Positions 26,460 through 36,869 of a stretch of DNA of 42,645 bases are shown here, piece after piece (position 1 is the first letter of the stretch; every line of letters begins with the position of its first letter). The notes below the pieces were generated by a model that was not told where the DNA came from, made no database searches, and saw nothing but the letters and a program-made list of their open reading frames with translations. Position numbers and translations under genes: made by a program. The DNA is from an uncultured Dehalococcoidia bacterium (GTDB lineage Bacteria; Chloroflexota; Dehalococcoidia; Lucifugimonadales; UBA826), in contig CAYTAN010000002.1 in assembly GCA_964435605.1 (NCBI GenBank), positions 1-42,645 on the forward strand. Reading direction: 5' to 3'.

Positions 26460-27491
26460 ATGACCAGTCCACAGTTTGAAATTCGGCCATCTCTGATAAA
26501 AGGAGATCCTGCGGACGCGTACCTCCATTGGACTAAGGAAGTTATGCGGCTTGAATCTCTGAATCCAGTGGTAACCATGGACCTTTACGCTTCTAGTGAT
26601 GGGGTATTGTGTGGTGTTGAAGAAGTAAAAGCGTTACTTAAAAGTGTTCTTCCCCAAAACGATTCAGATAACCCAGTTGAAACTCTTGAAAATGAAGTTC
26701 AGGTTTGGGCTCTTGATGAAGGGGAGGTTTTTACTGCCGGGGAACCACTCATTAGAATTATTGCGAGATACGCTTCTTTCAGCTTGTATGAAACAAGTCT
26801 TTGCGGAATCCTTTCGTCTTGTATTGGGTGGGCAACCGCGGCTAGAAAATGTGTGGAAGCAGCGGGTGATACCACGGTTATTGGGTATGGTGCTCGGCAT
26901 ATACATCCCAACGTTGCTCATATTTTGGATTATGCCTCAGTTGTGGGGGGTTGCTCTTCGGCGTCTACGGTAATGGGATCTAGGCAATCGAGCCGTAATC
27001 CTTTCGGCAATATGCCACATAGTTTACCGCTAATATTTGGAGATACTGTGTCCGCAGCACAGGCATTCGATAAGCATATGGGTATGGAAATCCAGCGAAT
27101 AGTGCTGGTGGACACTTTTAAGGATGAAATTGAGGAAGCACTAAATGTCGCTCAGGCTTTACGAGATCGACTGAGAGGTGTGAGGATTGATACCCCCCGG
27201 GAGAGAGGGGGAGTTACACCGATGATGGTTAAAGAAATGAGGGCAAAGCTAGATCATATGAATTTTAGGCATGTTGAGATATATGTAAGCGGGGGGTTGA
27301 ATCCTGATCGTATAACAGAATTCAGAGAAGAAAAGAGTCCTGTTAACGGATACCTTGTTGGAAGCTTTATCTCAAGCGCGTCACCTAACGACGTTACGGC
27401 GGATATATTGGAAATTGAAGGTAGACCTGTGGCCAAGAGGGGTAGGTTGCCTGGAAAGTTGGAAGGACATCGCCTAGGTAGGGTGTTTTAG
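26460..27491 (+). CDS. pncB: Nicotinate phosphoribosyltransferase (short, archaeal-like type)
   Basis: DLYA.., GARHIHPN.., MPHSLPLIF, VDTF, GVRIDTP, YVSGGL motif series. Confidence 0.78.
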   Translation: MTSPQFEIRPSLIKGDPADAYLHWTKEVMRLESLNPVVTMDLYASSDGVLCGVEEVKALLKSVLPQNDSDNPVETLENEVQVWALDEGEVFTAGEPLIRIIARYASFSLYETSLCGILSSCIGWATAARKCVEAAGDTTVIGYGARHIHPNVAHILDYASVVGGCSSASTVMGSRQSSRNPFGNMPHSLPLIFGDTVSAAQAFDKHMGMEIQRIVLVDTFKDEIEEALNVAQALRDRLRGVRIDTPRERGGVTPMMVKEMRAKLDHMNFRHVEIYVSGGLNPDRITEFREEKSPVNGYLVGSFISSASPNDVTADILEIEGRPVAKRGRLPGKLEGHRLGRVF

Positions 27492-28891
27492 TCCTCTGTT
27501 TGTAAAAATTGTATGGTAACTGTGTTTTGAGTTTCCTCCCGTTTTGCCCATTCAGAGATTCTGTGGCCAACTATCCAACAGATGCCTTCACCCGAAACTA
27601 CCAAAGGAATCTGATTTCGTAGATCCCTAGGGATCTTCTCATCAACCATAAAATCCTGAAGTTTTTTGGAGTTATGCATGCCAATTGGTTGAAATCGGTC
27701 TCCATTGATTCGGCTTCTTACAAAAACCTTGCTGGCTAATATGCTGTCATTGAAGTGAGCAACGTATTTACTTGATATCCGGGGTATTTTACCGGGTTTG
27801 TTGAAACTTATATGTGATTTGATTTCCCACCCATGAATTTTCGTTGTTCCTGGTATGGTGAGCTCGGTGGTACACAGTTTTGGTTGTTTGAGAAGTTTCT
27901 CTTTCATTTTATAAACTAAGATTTTTTCATACTCTTTTTTCACTAAAACAGATCCTGTTAATGTCAACGTTTTGCCCGATGGACCTGCGACGAGCGATGC
28001 AAAAGCAACTGCGTGCGCCATAGATACATCACAAGTTCCTTCAGATATTGTGGCGACAGCACGCGCTAAGAGCCTGTATTTAATGGAGTGGTGGAGAGAT
28101 ACGAGATGATTTGTGCTTATTTTTACGACATTTTCAGAAACGCTGACGTGAGAATCCCAAAATTTTTTGCAGATTTGCTCAATAAATTCATCATCTGTTT
28201 TTGCTGCCGCCGACAAGCGTTGTACGGAACTGTGCAATGAAGGGTTTATCTGGAGCAGGGATGGGATTATGTTCAATCGAAAGTTGTTTCGAGTGTACTG
28301 ATCTATTTTATTAGTTGAATCTGTTACAAATCTAAGAGCTTCTGTAGCACAGTATCCTTCGATGTCGATTCTAAATTGTTCTATTAACGGACGAAATAAT
28401 GTGAGAGGCTGCCCTTCGATAGATAGGTTGGATACAGGTTGCATGCCACGTAATCCCTTTAGCCCAGATCCACGAACAATATGCATTAATATTGTCTCTG
28501 TTTGATCATTTGCGTTGTGACCTAGACAAATGGCAGATGCTTGGTATTTACGAGATACTTTGGAAAGAAATTTCAGCCTTTCAATTCTAGCGACATCTTC
28601 TATGGACTTCTTACCTTCAGCTGATAGTTTAGGGATATCTATGGAACCTATTTCATAGACGAGTCCGAGATGATCAAAAACAGAAATAACAAAGTCTTCG
28701 TCGAGGTCGGATTCGTAGCCTCTTATATTATGATTCAAATGTGCTCCGATTAATTCCAAGCCTAATTCATCTGAAATTTGACTTAGCATGTGGAGCATTG
28801 CTATAGAGTCCGGACCTCCGGAAGTCGCAACGATTAAAGTTGTGTTTTCCAGCTCCGAAGATAAGATTAGTTCTTTAACTCTATTAAGCAT
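27488..28891 (-). CDS. tilS: tRNA(Ile)-lysidine synthase
   Basis: PP-loop VATSGGPDSIAML, LNHNIRG, and C-terminal domain DEKIPRDLRNQIPLVVSGEGICWIVGHRISEW. Confidence 0.88.
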   Translation of the reverse strand: MLNRVKELILSSELENTTLIVATSGGPDSIAMLHMLSQISDELGLELIGAHLNHNIRGYESDLDEDFVISVFDHLGLVYEIGSIDIPKLSAEGKKSIEDVARIERLKFLSKVSRKYQASAICLGHNANDQTETILMHIVRGSGLKGLRGMQPVSNLSIEGQPLTLFRPLIEQFRIDIEGYCATEALRFVTDSTNKIDQYTRNNFRLNIIPSLLQINPSLHSSVQRLSAAAKTDDEFIEQICKKFWDSHVSVSENVVKISTNHLVSLHHSIKYRLLARAVATISEGTCDVSMAHAVAFASLVAGPSGKTLTLTGSVLVKKEYEKILVYKMKEKLLKQPKLCTTELTIPGTTKIHGWEIKSHISFNKPGKIPRISSKYVAHFNDSILASKVFVRSRINGDRFQPIGMHNSKKLQDFMVDEKIPRDLRNQIPLVVSGEGICWIVGHRISEWAKREETQNTVTIQFLQTED

Positions 28892-28927
28892 ATTGATCGC
28901 TTAGATATCTTTTGAGGTTACTAACTA

Positions 28928-29536
28928 TTACACACTGTTTAGGTGCGAGGTTTCATTGATGTTTATGATTGAGTTGTCATCTGGCTCTATGACAACTGTG
29001 GTTAACGAACCTAAGTCTATTTTGAAATGTTCGTAATTGTCGGAGTGTGTTTCAGATATTTTGCATAAAATTCCTTGGATTGGAAACAGATGAGTTACTG
29101 CTAAAACATGGTCATGTATGTGTGACCTAGATAGATGTATTACAGAGTCCCAGGCTCTTTGGTGGACCTCAGCCATCGTATCACCGCCCGGGGGCCTGGT
29201 ATTGCTAGGATCAATGTTCCATTTTTCAATATAGTCTGGGTATTTAAGTTGCATCTCATCCATTTTAATTCCCTCCATTTCGCCAGAGTCCATTTCCCTT
29301 AGTCCCTGAATAGGAATGGCGGTCAATCCTGTCTCTTCGCTGACGTATGAGGCTGTTTGAATTGCTCGTTGGTAAGGGCTGCAGTATATTGCGTTGATGG
29401 AGAGTCGAGACAATTTATGAGCTGCCTTGGCCGCTTGGAGTACGCCGAGTTCCGTGAGTGGAACATTGCTTCTTCCTAACACCAATCTATCTCGGTTGGC
29501 GACAGTTTCTCCGTGTCTAAGTAATGTCAGTTTCAT
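28928..29536 (-). CDS. Histidine phosphatase family protein (phosphoglycerate mutase/CobC-like)
   Basis: LLRHGETVANR catalytic RHG motif and later VTHLFPIQ. It overlaps the upstream gene by 20 nt. Confidence 0.85.
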   Translation of the reverse strand: MKLTLLRHGETVANRDRLVLGRSNVPLTELGVLQAAKAAHKLSRLSINAIYCSPYQRAIQTASYVSEETGLTAIPIQGLREMDSGEMEGIKMDEMQLKYPDYIEKWNIDPSNTRPPGGDTMAEVHQRAWDSVIHLSRSHIHDHVLAVTHLFPIQGILCKISETHSDNYEHFKIDLGSLTTVVIEPDDNSIININETSHLNSV

Positions 29537-30893
29537 TACTGCCTTTTGTTTCGATCGATATTGATGAACCGTTGGTGGTAAGGGGGTTCAATTTTTTAGT
29601 TATGAGTATCGATTCAATCCTAAATCGGTCCATTTCGACAATTTTAAAGAGCAGGTCTTGAAATTCGAATTCTTGGCCAATTTCTGGTATTTCGCCTAGT
29701 TGTGCTAGCACAAAGCCTGCTATGGTTTCATAGCCGCCAGTTGGGAGGTTTAATTTCATTTCATCGTTGGCCTCGCCTATGTCCATTCCACCTTCAATTT
29801 GAAAAACGTTTGGTCGGATGTTTTCATATTCTTCTTCAGGTGACTCTCCTTCCTCTCCAACTCTCCCGACAACTGATTCTGTTAACCTTTTCAAGGTGAC
29901 AAGTCCCGCAATACCACCATATTCATCAAGGCAAATGGCTAACTGATTTCCACTATTTCTCAATTCTTCAAATAGCTCGGAGGCTAGTTTCGTCTCCGGA
30001 ACGAAATACGCGTCTCTTATTATGTCGGATATTGGATCTTGTAAGCGCATTCCTTTTGATGAGAGAATTCTTAGAATATCTTTGGCAGATATCAGTCCAA
30101 TAATGTTGTCACTGGAGTCTTTGTGGACGGGAAATCTCGTATGTGAATGTATTGAATATATTTCAAGAAAGTCTGCCAACTGAGAGCTTTTGTCAATGCT
30201 GACAATTTCTGTACGAGGAGTCATTACCTCTTTCGCTTGCCTGTCACTAAACCTAAAAACATTTTCGAGCATTTCTGCTTCCCCTGGTTCTACCGTTCCT
30301 TCCGCCTCTCCCAGATCGATCATTGAGAGTATTTCTCCTTCCGTGACCGATTCGTCTTTGTCTTCATCGTTTCCAATTAATGTTTGCGTAGTGTTTGACA
30401 GCCATTGTAGGAATAAAACGACTGGATATAGACAAAATTCAACTGCTTTTAAAGGTTTTGCATAAAGGAAAGAAATTTTCTCGGATTTTCTTACTGCTAC
30501 GCTTTTTGGAATGATCTCTCCAAATATCAATAGGAGAATTGTTCCTATCGCCGTTGCAATAAGTATTGAAGTTGCTCCTTCGCCGAATATTGAGACAGAG
30601 AGTGCGGTTATCACGGCGGTAAACGCCACATTAACTAAATTATTGCCCAATAAAATTGTGGCCAACAGTCTTTCCATGTTCGCTATCATGCTTGATATTA
30701 ATTCCGCACCTGGAACATTGGAGTTAACCAGATATGAGAGTCTACTTCGTTGAAAGGAAAGAAACGCAGCTTCAGAACTTGAGAAAAAGGCCGACAGCAA
30801 GAGAAATCCTCCAATTAGGATCAAACTGCCGATTATATCTGCTGTCAAATAAAAACTCCTGAACGTGACGAGAATTATTTCGCCTTCGCCCAC
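29517..30893 (-). CDS. CNNM/CorC-HlyC family protein (DUF21 membrane domain + CBS pair + CorC_HlyC)
   Basis: Hydrophobic N-terminus with SSSEAAFLS, MTPRTEIVSI (CBS entry), EYGGIAGLVTLKRL, and C-terminal GYETIAGFVLAQLGEIPEIGQEFEF. GTG start. Confidence 0.85.
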   Translation of the reverse strand: MGEGEIILVTFRSFYLTADIIGSLILIGGFLLLSAFFSSSEAAFLSFQRSRLSYLVNSNVPGAELISSMIANMERLLATILLGNNLVNVAFTAVITALSVSIFGEGATSILIATAIGTILLLIFGEIIPKSVAVRKSEKISFLYAKPLKAVEFCLYPVVLFLQWLSNTTQTLIGNDEDKDESVTEGEILSMIDLGEAEGTVEPGEAEMLENVFRFSDRQAKEVMTPRTEIVSIDKSSQLADFLEIYSIHSHTRFPVHKDSSDNIIGLISAKDILRILSSKGMRLQDPISDIIRDAYFVPETKLASELFEELRNSGNQLAICLDEYGGIAGLVTLKRLTESVVGRVGEEGESPEEEYENIRPNVFQIEGGMDIGEANDEMKLNLPTGGYETIAGFVLAQLGEIPEIGQEFEFQDLLFKIVEMDRFRIESILITKKLNPLTTNGSSISIETKGSNETDIT

Positions 30894-30955
30894 ATGTCAA
30901 TATTTTAGCATCGATGTTGGCTGCCTGCTATTGACTATAACTTGGTCGGGAGGTA

Positions 30956-31435
30956 CTAACCGTCATTTCGCTTTAACCAAGCGGTGGTTACAGTTTCCCT
31001 GACGACATCTCCACTAAATCCTTTCCTTAGTAAATGGTTCATAAGTTTTTTGATAAATTTATCTTTGGGCAGGTGATTGATGGATCTGGTTTTTTTTTCT
31101 GCCGCACTCAGTGCATTTACGTTATCATCCACTGATTGAATAGCTTCTTCGGCGATCTGTTGGCTGATTCCTTTTGAGATAAGTTCCCTTCTGATCATAA
31201 AAGCGCTTTTGGGTTTGGAATTAGTCCGGCTCTCTACCCATAATTCCGAAAATTTCTGATCATTGAGGAAATTATTATCATGGCATCTTGCAATAACAAC
31301 TTCTACAATGTGGTTTGAATAGCGTTTTAGAAGCCTTTCTCTTGTTTCCTGTTCGGTTCGAGGGCGATAAGATATGTACTTCACTGCGGTAGCAAAGGCT
31401 TCTTCCGATGTTTTATCCTCGCCAATGGTCAACAT
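30956..31435 (-). CDS. recX: Recombination regulator RecX
   Basis: 159-aa helical-repeat protein lying 3 nt downstream of recA. YISYRPRTEQETRERLLKR is a RecX-type opening. Confidence 0.82.
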   Translation of the reverse strand: MLTIGEDKTSEEAFATAVKYISYRPRTEQETRERLLKRYSNHIVEVVIARCHDNNFLNDQKFSELWVESRTNSKPKSAFMIRRELISKGISQQIAEEAIQSVDDNVNALSAAEKKTRSINHLPKDKFIKKLMNHLLRKGFSGDVVRETVTTAWLKRNDG

Positions 31436-31438
31436 TAT

Positions 31439-32473
31439 TTAGTCGACAACACCGTCTGCAGGGATTATTAGATCATCTAGTGGTTCAGGGTTTATTGCAG
31501 CTTTTACTAGCTCGTCTATCTCGTCTGTTAGTACAGGGTTTGATTTCAGAAAGGTTTTTGCATTTTCCCTACCGCGGCCAATTTGAATCTCCCCGAATGA
31601 ATAGAAAGCGCCGCTTTTTTTGACAATTTGATGGGTTACTGACAAATCCAGAAGATCGCCTTCTCGGCTGATGCCCTCGTTGAACATGATGTCAAATTCG
31701 GCGGTTTTAAAGGGAGCTGCTACTTTATTTTTTACGACTCGAGCTCTGACACGATTTCCTATAATGTCGGTTCCTTGTTTTAAGGACTCAATTTTTCTTA
31801 GGTCGATTCTGACAGAGCTGTAAAACTTTAAAGCTTTACCTCCAGGAGTTGTTTCCGGACTACCCCAAAAGACCCCGACTTTTTCACGAATCTGATTGAT
31901 GAAAATTACAGCAGTATTCGATTTACTTATTGAAGCAGTGAGCTTTCGTAAGGCTTGGGACATTAAACGGGCCTGGAGACCGATGTGTGAGTCACCCATG
32001 TCACCTTCTAATTCTGCTTTTGGAACCATTGCGGCGACGCTATCAATCACAACCACATCTACAGCACTGCTTTTAACAAGATATTCTGAAATTTCGAGAG
32101 CTTGCTCAGCAGTGTCTGGTTGAGAAACGAGCAGACTCTCGACATCGACACCGCATTTAGCTGCATACCCTGGGTCCAAGGCGTGTTCAGCGTCTATGTA
32201 CGCCGCGGTGCCTTCATTTCGTTGAGCAGAGGCCATTACGTGGTAGGTTAGGGTAGATTTTCCTGACGATTCAGCACCGTAGATTTCGGTGACTCGGCCT
32301 TTAGGTATTCCGCCGATCCCGAGGGCAGAATCTAGGGATGGAGAACCTGTGGAAATGGTGTCAACTTTAACGTCTTGAGCGTCTCCTAACTTCATCAAGG
32401 TGCCCTTTCCGAAATGTTTGTCAATTTGGTCAATGGCCAGTTCAAGAGCTTTTACTTTATTGATATCTGGCAT
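31439..32473 (-). CDS. recA: Recombinase RecA
   Basis: [22 protein letters not shown], Walker [58 protein letters not shown]. Confidence 0.97.
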   Translation of the reverse strand: MPDINKVKALELAIDQIDKHFGKGTLMKLGDAQDVKVDTISTGSPSLDSALGIGGIPKGRVTEIYGAESSGKSTLTYHVMASAQRNEGTAAYIDAEHALDPGYAAKCGVDVESLLVSQPDTAEQALEISEYLVKSSAVDVVVIDSVAAMVPKAELEGDMGDSHIGLQARLMSQALRKLTASISKSNTAVIFINQIREKVGVFWGSPETTPGGKALKFYSSVRIDLRKIESLKQGTDIIGNRVRARVVKNKVAAPFKTAEFDIMFNEGISREGDLLDLSVTHQIVKKSGAFYSFGEIQIGRGRENAKTFLKSNPVLTDEIDELVKAAINPEPLDDLIIPADGVVD

Positions 32474-32569
32474 GTGATTCTCCTAGGAAATGTATAGATA
32501 TATATGGAACGTTTAATTAGAAGTTGACGGGACATTCTTGAAGAATAGCATGAAAATGTGCCTATGTAA

Positions 32570-32581
32570 ACACATATGTTC
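32570..32581 (-). promoter_or_regulatory. Imperfect Cheo-type (GAAC-N4-GTTC) LexA box candidate upstream of recA
   Basis: The minus strand reads GAACATATGTGT, a 10/12 match to GAACATATGTTC, 97-108 nt upstream of the recA ATG. Confidence 0.25.
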
Positions 32582-32632
32582 TAATAATTGTGGGGATATT
32601 TACTGAATTGGAATGGTGTTTGAAAGCTGGTT

Positions 32633-33508
32633 CTAGGATAAAGTTTCTTGGAGGGTTTTTCCGATGCTTCCAGGACTAGGAATGATCGAAACCCCGGCGG
32701 AGGCAAGGGCTTTTACTTTCTCGGATGCTTTACCTGCAGATCCAGTGATGATTGCTCCAGCATGCCCCATTCTTTTACCGGGAGGTGCGCTCTGACCAAC
32801 GATGAGTGCCGCAATTGGTTTGGAGAAATGATGCTTAATATATTCTGCAGCTTCTTGTTCTTTTGAGCCACCGATTTCACCAATCATGACGACGCTATCA
32901 GTTTCAGGGTCCTCTTCAAATTTGCTGAGAATGTCTACAAAACTAACCCCTGATACAGGATCACCACCTATGCCAACACATGTGGATTGGCCTATCGAAA
33001 GATCAGTTAATTGGCTAACTGCTTCATATGTCAGTGTCCCGCTGCGAGAGACAACCCCTGTTTTTCCAGGTGCGTGAATGTGACCAGGCATGATTCCCAT
33101 TTTGAAGTTTTCACCTGGGGAGATGATACCTGGACAATTTGGTCCGACCAAAGTCACATTTTTATCTCTGATGTAACGGACAACTTTTATGCTGTCTTGT
33201 ACAGGGATTCCTTCAGTAATGCATGCAATCACCTCTATTCCACTATCAACCGCTTCAACGATAGCATCAGCTGCAAAAGCGGGAGGTACGAAAATTAGGG
33301 ATGCGTTCGCTTTGGTTTCTTGGACAGCATGTTCAACGGTGTCGTAAATAGGTACATCTTCCATGAATGTTTGCCCACCTTTACCTGGTGTAACGCCGGC
33401 TACAAGATTTGCCCCATATTCAGAGGAGCGTTGGGCATGGTAGCTACCTTCTTTTCCTGTAATTCCCTGCACTAGCAACCGTGTATTTTTATCAACTAAT
33501 ATGCTCAT
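32633..33508 (-). CDS. sucD: Succinyl-CoA ligase subunit alpha
   Basis: LLVQGITGKEGSYH, GPNCPGII, SRSGTLTYE, and MGHAGAII (phospho-His). Confidence 0.95.
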   Translation of the reverse strand: MSILVDKNTRLLVQGITGKEGSYHAQRSSEYGANLVAGVTPGKGGQTFMEDVPIYDTVEHAVQETKANASLIFVPPAFAADAIVEAVDSGIEVIACITEGIPVQDSIKVVRYIRDKNVTLVGPNCPGIISPGENFKMGIMPGHIHAPGKTGVVSRSGTLTYEAVSQLTDLSIGQSTCVGIGGDPVSGVSFVDILSKFEEDPETDSVVMIGEIGGSKEQEAAEYIKHHFSKPIAALIVGQSAPPGKRMGHAGAIITGSAGKASEKVKALASAGVSIIPSPGSIGKTLQETLS

Positions 33509-33530
33509 TGAATTCTCCCGGTAGTGAGTT

Positions 33531-34691
33531 TTACGAGGTTATAGCTTGGATTTTTTCTGCTGCATCGTCTAATGTTTCGACCAAGCTTATATCTAGGTCA
33601 GATTTTGAAAGTATCTCCCGACCCTCCTCTGAATTAGTGCCCAGCATTCTGACAACCATTGGTCTCATCGATCCAGGCATTTCTTGTGCCGCCATCACAA
33701 AACCTCTGGCTGCTACATCGCATCTCAAAATACCACCGAAAAGATTTACAAGAACTGCTTTCACGCTTTCGTCAGATAAAACTATTTTTAGTGCCTTGCT
33801 GACTTTCTCTTCGTCAGCACCACCACCAATGTCCAGGAAATTAGCCGGGGCGGCACCTGCGGCACTGGTGACATCCATTGTTGCCATTGCTAAACCCGCT
33901 CCATTCACGATACAGCCTACGTTTCCGTCTAGTTTGACGTAATTTATATCGTATGATTTGGCCTCCACTTCTAGGGGATCTTCTTGTGAAGGATCTGCCA
34001 TTTTGGCGATAGGCTGGTGTCGAAAAATGGCATCGTCATCAATATCTAACTTTGCGTCAGCTGCAACTATACCTCCATCGCTTGTAAGCACGAGCGGGTT
34101 TATCTCTGCTAGGGAGGCATCGTTGGAAGTAAAAGCCTGGTATAGATTTTGAATGATGCCTGTCATAGGTCTGATGAGTGTTTGGGGGAAATTTAAGTTG
34201 TAGGCGATTTTGCGGCCTATAAATGCCTGTAATCCCACAACCGGGTCAACGGGAACTTGAATAATTTTTTCCGGAGATGTTTCCGCTATTTCTTCTATGT
34301 TCATCCCTCCAGATTCGCTCGCAATAACAACGATTCCTTTTGATTGTCCGTCGATAACCATACCCAGGTAAATTTCCTTGGATATATCTATCGCTTCTTC
34401 AACCAAAAGAGTTTCAACAGGGACTCCATCCTCGTTTGTTTGAAACGTAACTAAATTTTTACCTAGCATTTCTTCTGCTGCTGATTCAGCAGCGCCTGGA
34501 GTGTTAACAACTTTTATTCCACCAGCTTTTCCTCTGCCACCAGCATGGACCTGAGCCTTTATCACCACTGAGCCACCGATTTCGAATGCAGCCGTAGCTG
34601 CCTCGCTTTGGGTCCTTACCACCTTGCCTTTAGGGATGGGTATGCCGTAATCGGCAAATATTTTTTTAGCTTGATATTCATGGAGTTTCAT
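33531..34691 (-). CDS. sucC: Succinyl-CoA ligase subunit beta
   Basis: MKLHEYQAKKIFADYGIP, AGGRGKAGGIK, GNVGCIVNGAGLAMATMD, NIFGGI-like LFGGILRCD. Confidence 0.95.
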   Translation of the reverse strand: MKLHEYQAKKIFADYGIPIPKGKVVRTQSEAATAAFEIGGSVVIKAQVHAGGRGKAGGIKVVNTPGAAESAAEEMLGKNLVTFQTNEDGVPVETLLVEEAIDISKEIYLGMVIDGQSKGIVVIASESGGMNIEEIAETSPEKIIQVPVDPVVGLQAFIGRKIAYNLNFPQTLIRPMTGIIQNLYQAFTSNDASLAEINPLVLTSDGGIVAADAKLDIDDDAIFRHQPIAKMADPSQEDPLEVEAKSYDINYVKLDGNVGCIVNGAGLAMATMDVTSAAGAAPANFLDIGGGADEEKVSKALKIVLSDESVKAVLVNLFGGILRCDVAARGFVMAAQEMPGSMRPMVVRMLGTNSEEGREILSKSDLDISLVETLDDAAEKIQAITS

Positions 34692-34823
34692 TTAGTTCTC
34701 CGAACAGATTCGTTTATTCATGAATTCTATCTTAACTTAAAATTTGGGTTATTAAGGTGATAGATTCATAAAGAGTCTGTGTGGCTTATCTGATAAGTAC
34801 TAGAATTTAATTACAGACGCTTC

Positions 34824-35561
34824 TCACATATTTAATTTTTTGAATATGTTTTCTGGGATTAGTTTTAAGATGATCATGATGAATCTCCAATAAAATGGAC
34901 AATAAATAATGTTTTTGTTTTTGTTGATTCCTTTGACAATTGATTTTGCAATAGTCTCGGGTTGAGCCCACAGTATAGTTTTTTTCATATGATTGGTCAT
35001 CGGAGTGTCAACCAAACCCGGTTTTATATCTAGTACGGTTATCCCTTTAGCAAACAATCTGTTTCTCAATCCCTGTAAAAAAATAGAAATCATTCCTTTA
35101 GCACTGCCGTAGACGTAATTTGTTTTTCTGCCACGTTCGCCTGCTACGCTAGTTATGACTGCGATTGTACCGCTGCCTTGTTCTTCGAATTTATTGGCTA
35201 AATGAGTTAGAACTGAGATGGTTCCAATAGCGTTCACGTTCAATTCTCTTATTACATCTGCAACATTATTTTCACATAGGGCCTGATCGGGTAATGTACC
35301 GTGCGCTATCAATACGACGTCAATATGCTTCAATTGTTTGAACGCCTGATCAATGATTGATGGGTGTGTGGCAAAATCTGTTATCTCAATGAAGCCATAA
35401 TTAACTTGTGAGGCACCATGGATTTCAAAGTCTTTCGCCGTTATTTCCAGTATGTTGGTATCACGGGCCAGCAAATACAAATTGCTAGAGTTTTGAGCGT
35501 ATAGCCTAGCCGTGGCTTTTGCGATTTCAGATGTTGCACCGATGACCAGAATGTTTTTCAT
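34824..35561 (-). CDS. Short-chain dehydrogenase, DprE2-like (polyprenylphospho-2-keto-pentofuranose reductase)
   Basis: ILVIGATSEIA Rossmann motif and YGSAK catalytic motif. It lies 3 nt downstream of the DprE1-like gene. Confidence 0.72.
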   Translation of the reverse strand: MKNILVIGATSEIAKATARLYAQNSSNLYLLARDTNILEITAKDFEIHGASQVNYGFIEITDFATHPSIIDQAFKQLKHIDVVLIAHGTLPDQALCENNVADVIRELNVNAIGTISVLTHLANKFEEQGSGTIAVITSVAGERGRKTNYVYGSAKGMISIFLQGLRNRLFAKGITVLDIKPGLVDTPMTNHMKKTILWAQPETIAKSIVKGINKNKNIIYCPFYWRFIMIILKLIPENIFKKLNM

Positions 35562-35564
35562 TTG

Positions 35565-36869
35565 TTATAAACCTAGACGGATTGACTGCGCAGAATTAAA
35601 CACTTTGTCTGCCTTGTAGGCCTTTCTGACTTCCATAAACTTTTCCCATTCAGGGTAGCTTTCTTTAAATGTACGTTCAGACATTCTAGAGTCTTTGGAC
35701 AAATAGATTCGTCCACCAGAACTCAAAACTATTTTATCTATGTGATCGAGCAGATCAAATAATCTTGTATGAATTTTGAAATCTAATGCCAACGTGTAAC
35801 CGTCGAAAGGGAAGGATATATAGTTATCGTTGGATGGTCCAAACTTTTTCAATACAGACAGAAATGACCCCAGACCAGAATCACTCACCTTTTTCAAGAT
35901 AGATTTTAAGGTATTTAATCCGCTTGCTTCCGGAACCACGAATTGGTATTGAACGAACCCATCTCTGCCGTAGATAAAATTCCAATTGCTTATCCTATCC
36001 AGAGGGTAAAAAAAATCTTCATAATGGACGCTTTTGTTTCCGTGAGTCGTTTTGGAACGGTGGTAGTAAAAACTGTTAAATGTTCGAACTGTGTACTTAT
36101 TCAAGGTACAACTTGGTAGGAATGTGGGGATTCTAAAAGAGGATCTCTCATAATCATGAAATGATCCATTTTCAGAATGTTCACCCAGCATAAGTACAGA
36201 CCGACCCAGTTGTTTGCCGACTGATAAACAATCTATCCAAGCGATTGAATAATGCTTGCCAGAATGAGATTCAAATAAATCGAGTGTTTCGTCTAAATTC
36301 CCAGTTTTGATGGTTTGCTGGTCAATGTAGGTACTTTGTAATGGCATCAATTTTATTTGCGCTTCTACAATGATTCCAGTCAGGCCCATACCGCCACAAG
36401 TTGCCCGAAAAAGTTGGGAATGGGAAGTGCGGTCACAAAATATAATTCCCTCCGATACTGTAGCTATAGATATCGAGATAACATGATCAGAAAATGTTCC
36501 GTTCTGGTGGTGGTTTTTTCCGTGTACATCGCTTGCAATGGCACCTCCAACTGTTACAAATTTGGTCCCAGGTGAAACAGGCAGGAACCACCCTTTATTG
36601 ACAAACGAATCTAATATTGTTGCAAGTGACACTCCAGCAGAGCAAGTGAGTATTCCTGTGGCTTCATTAAAATCTAGAACCTGGTCCATTTGCGTGGTTT
36701 CGATGATATTTTGAGCTAGTGAACTATCTCCGTAACTTCTCCCTAGACCTCTGGCAATGTTCTCAGATGTTTCACACGCCTGAATTTCGGACAGGACATC
36801 TTTTTGGCTACATGGACGAGAGAGCCTTGCGTTGACAACTGGGTAGTGACCCCATCCAGATACTTTCAT
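35565..36869 (-). CDS. FAD-binding oxidoreductase, DprE1-like (polyprenylphosphoryl-ribose 2'-oxidase)
   Basis: The N-terminus VSGWGHYPVV resembles DprE1 GWGR. It has a PCMH-type FAD domain (RGLGRSYGD, VGGAIASDVHGKNHH) and an ALO-like C-terminus. Confidence 0.78.
   Translation of the reverse strand: MKVSGWGHYPVVNARLSRPCSQKDVLSEIQACETSENIARGLGRSYGDSSLAQNIIETTQMDQVLDFNEATGILTCSAGVSLATILDSFVNKGWFLPVSPGTKFVTVGGAIASDVHGKNHHQNGTFSDHVISISIATVSEGIIFCDRTSHSQLFRATCGGMGLTGIIVEAQIKLMPLQSTYIDQQTIKTGNLDETLDLFESHSGKHYSIAWIDCLSVGKQLGRSVLMLGEHSENGSFHDYERSSFRIPTFLPSCTLNKYTVRTFNSFYYHRSKTTHGNKSVHYEDFFYPLDRISNWNFIYGRDGFVQYQFVVPEASGLNTLKSILKKVSDSGLGSFLSVLKKFGPSNDNYISFPFDGYTLALDFKIHTRLFDLLDHIDKIVLSSGGRIYLSKDSRMSERTFKESYPEWEKFMEVRKAYKADKVFNSAQSIRLGL

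Noticed and set aside
27488-27491. Convergent 4-nt overlap of the pncB and tilS stop codons (TTAG), and the 20-nt overlap of the CNNM and histidine-phosphatase genes at 29517-29536
   Set aside because: Both overlaps are real in the sequence, but they are ordinary features of compact genomes. Nothing suggests a regulatory role.
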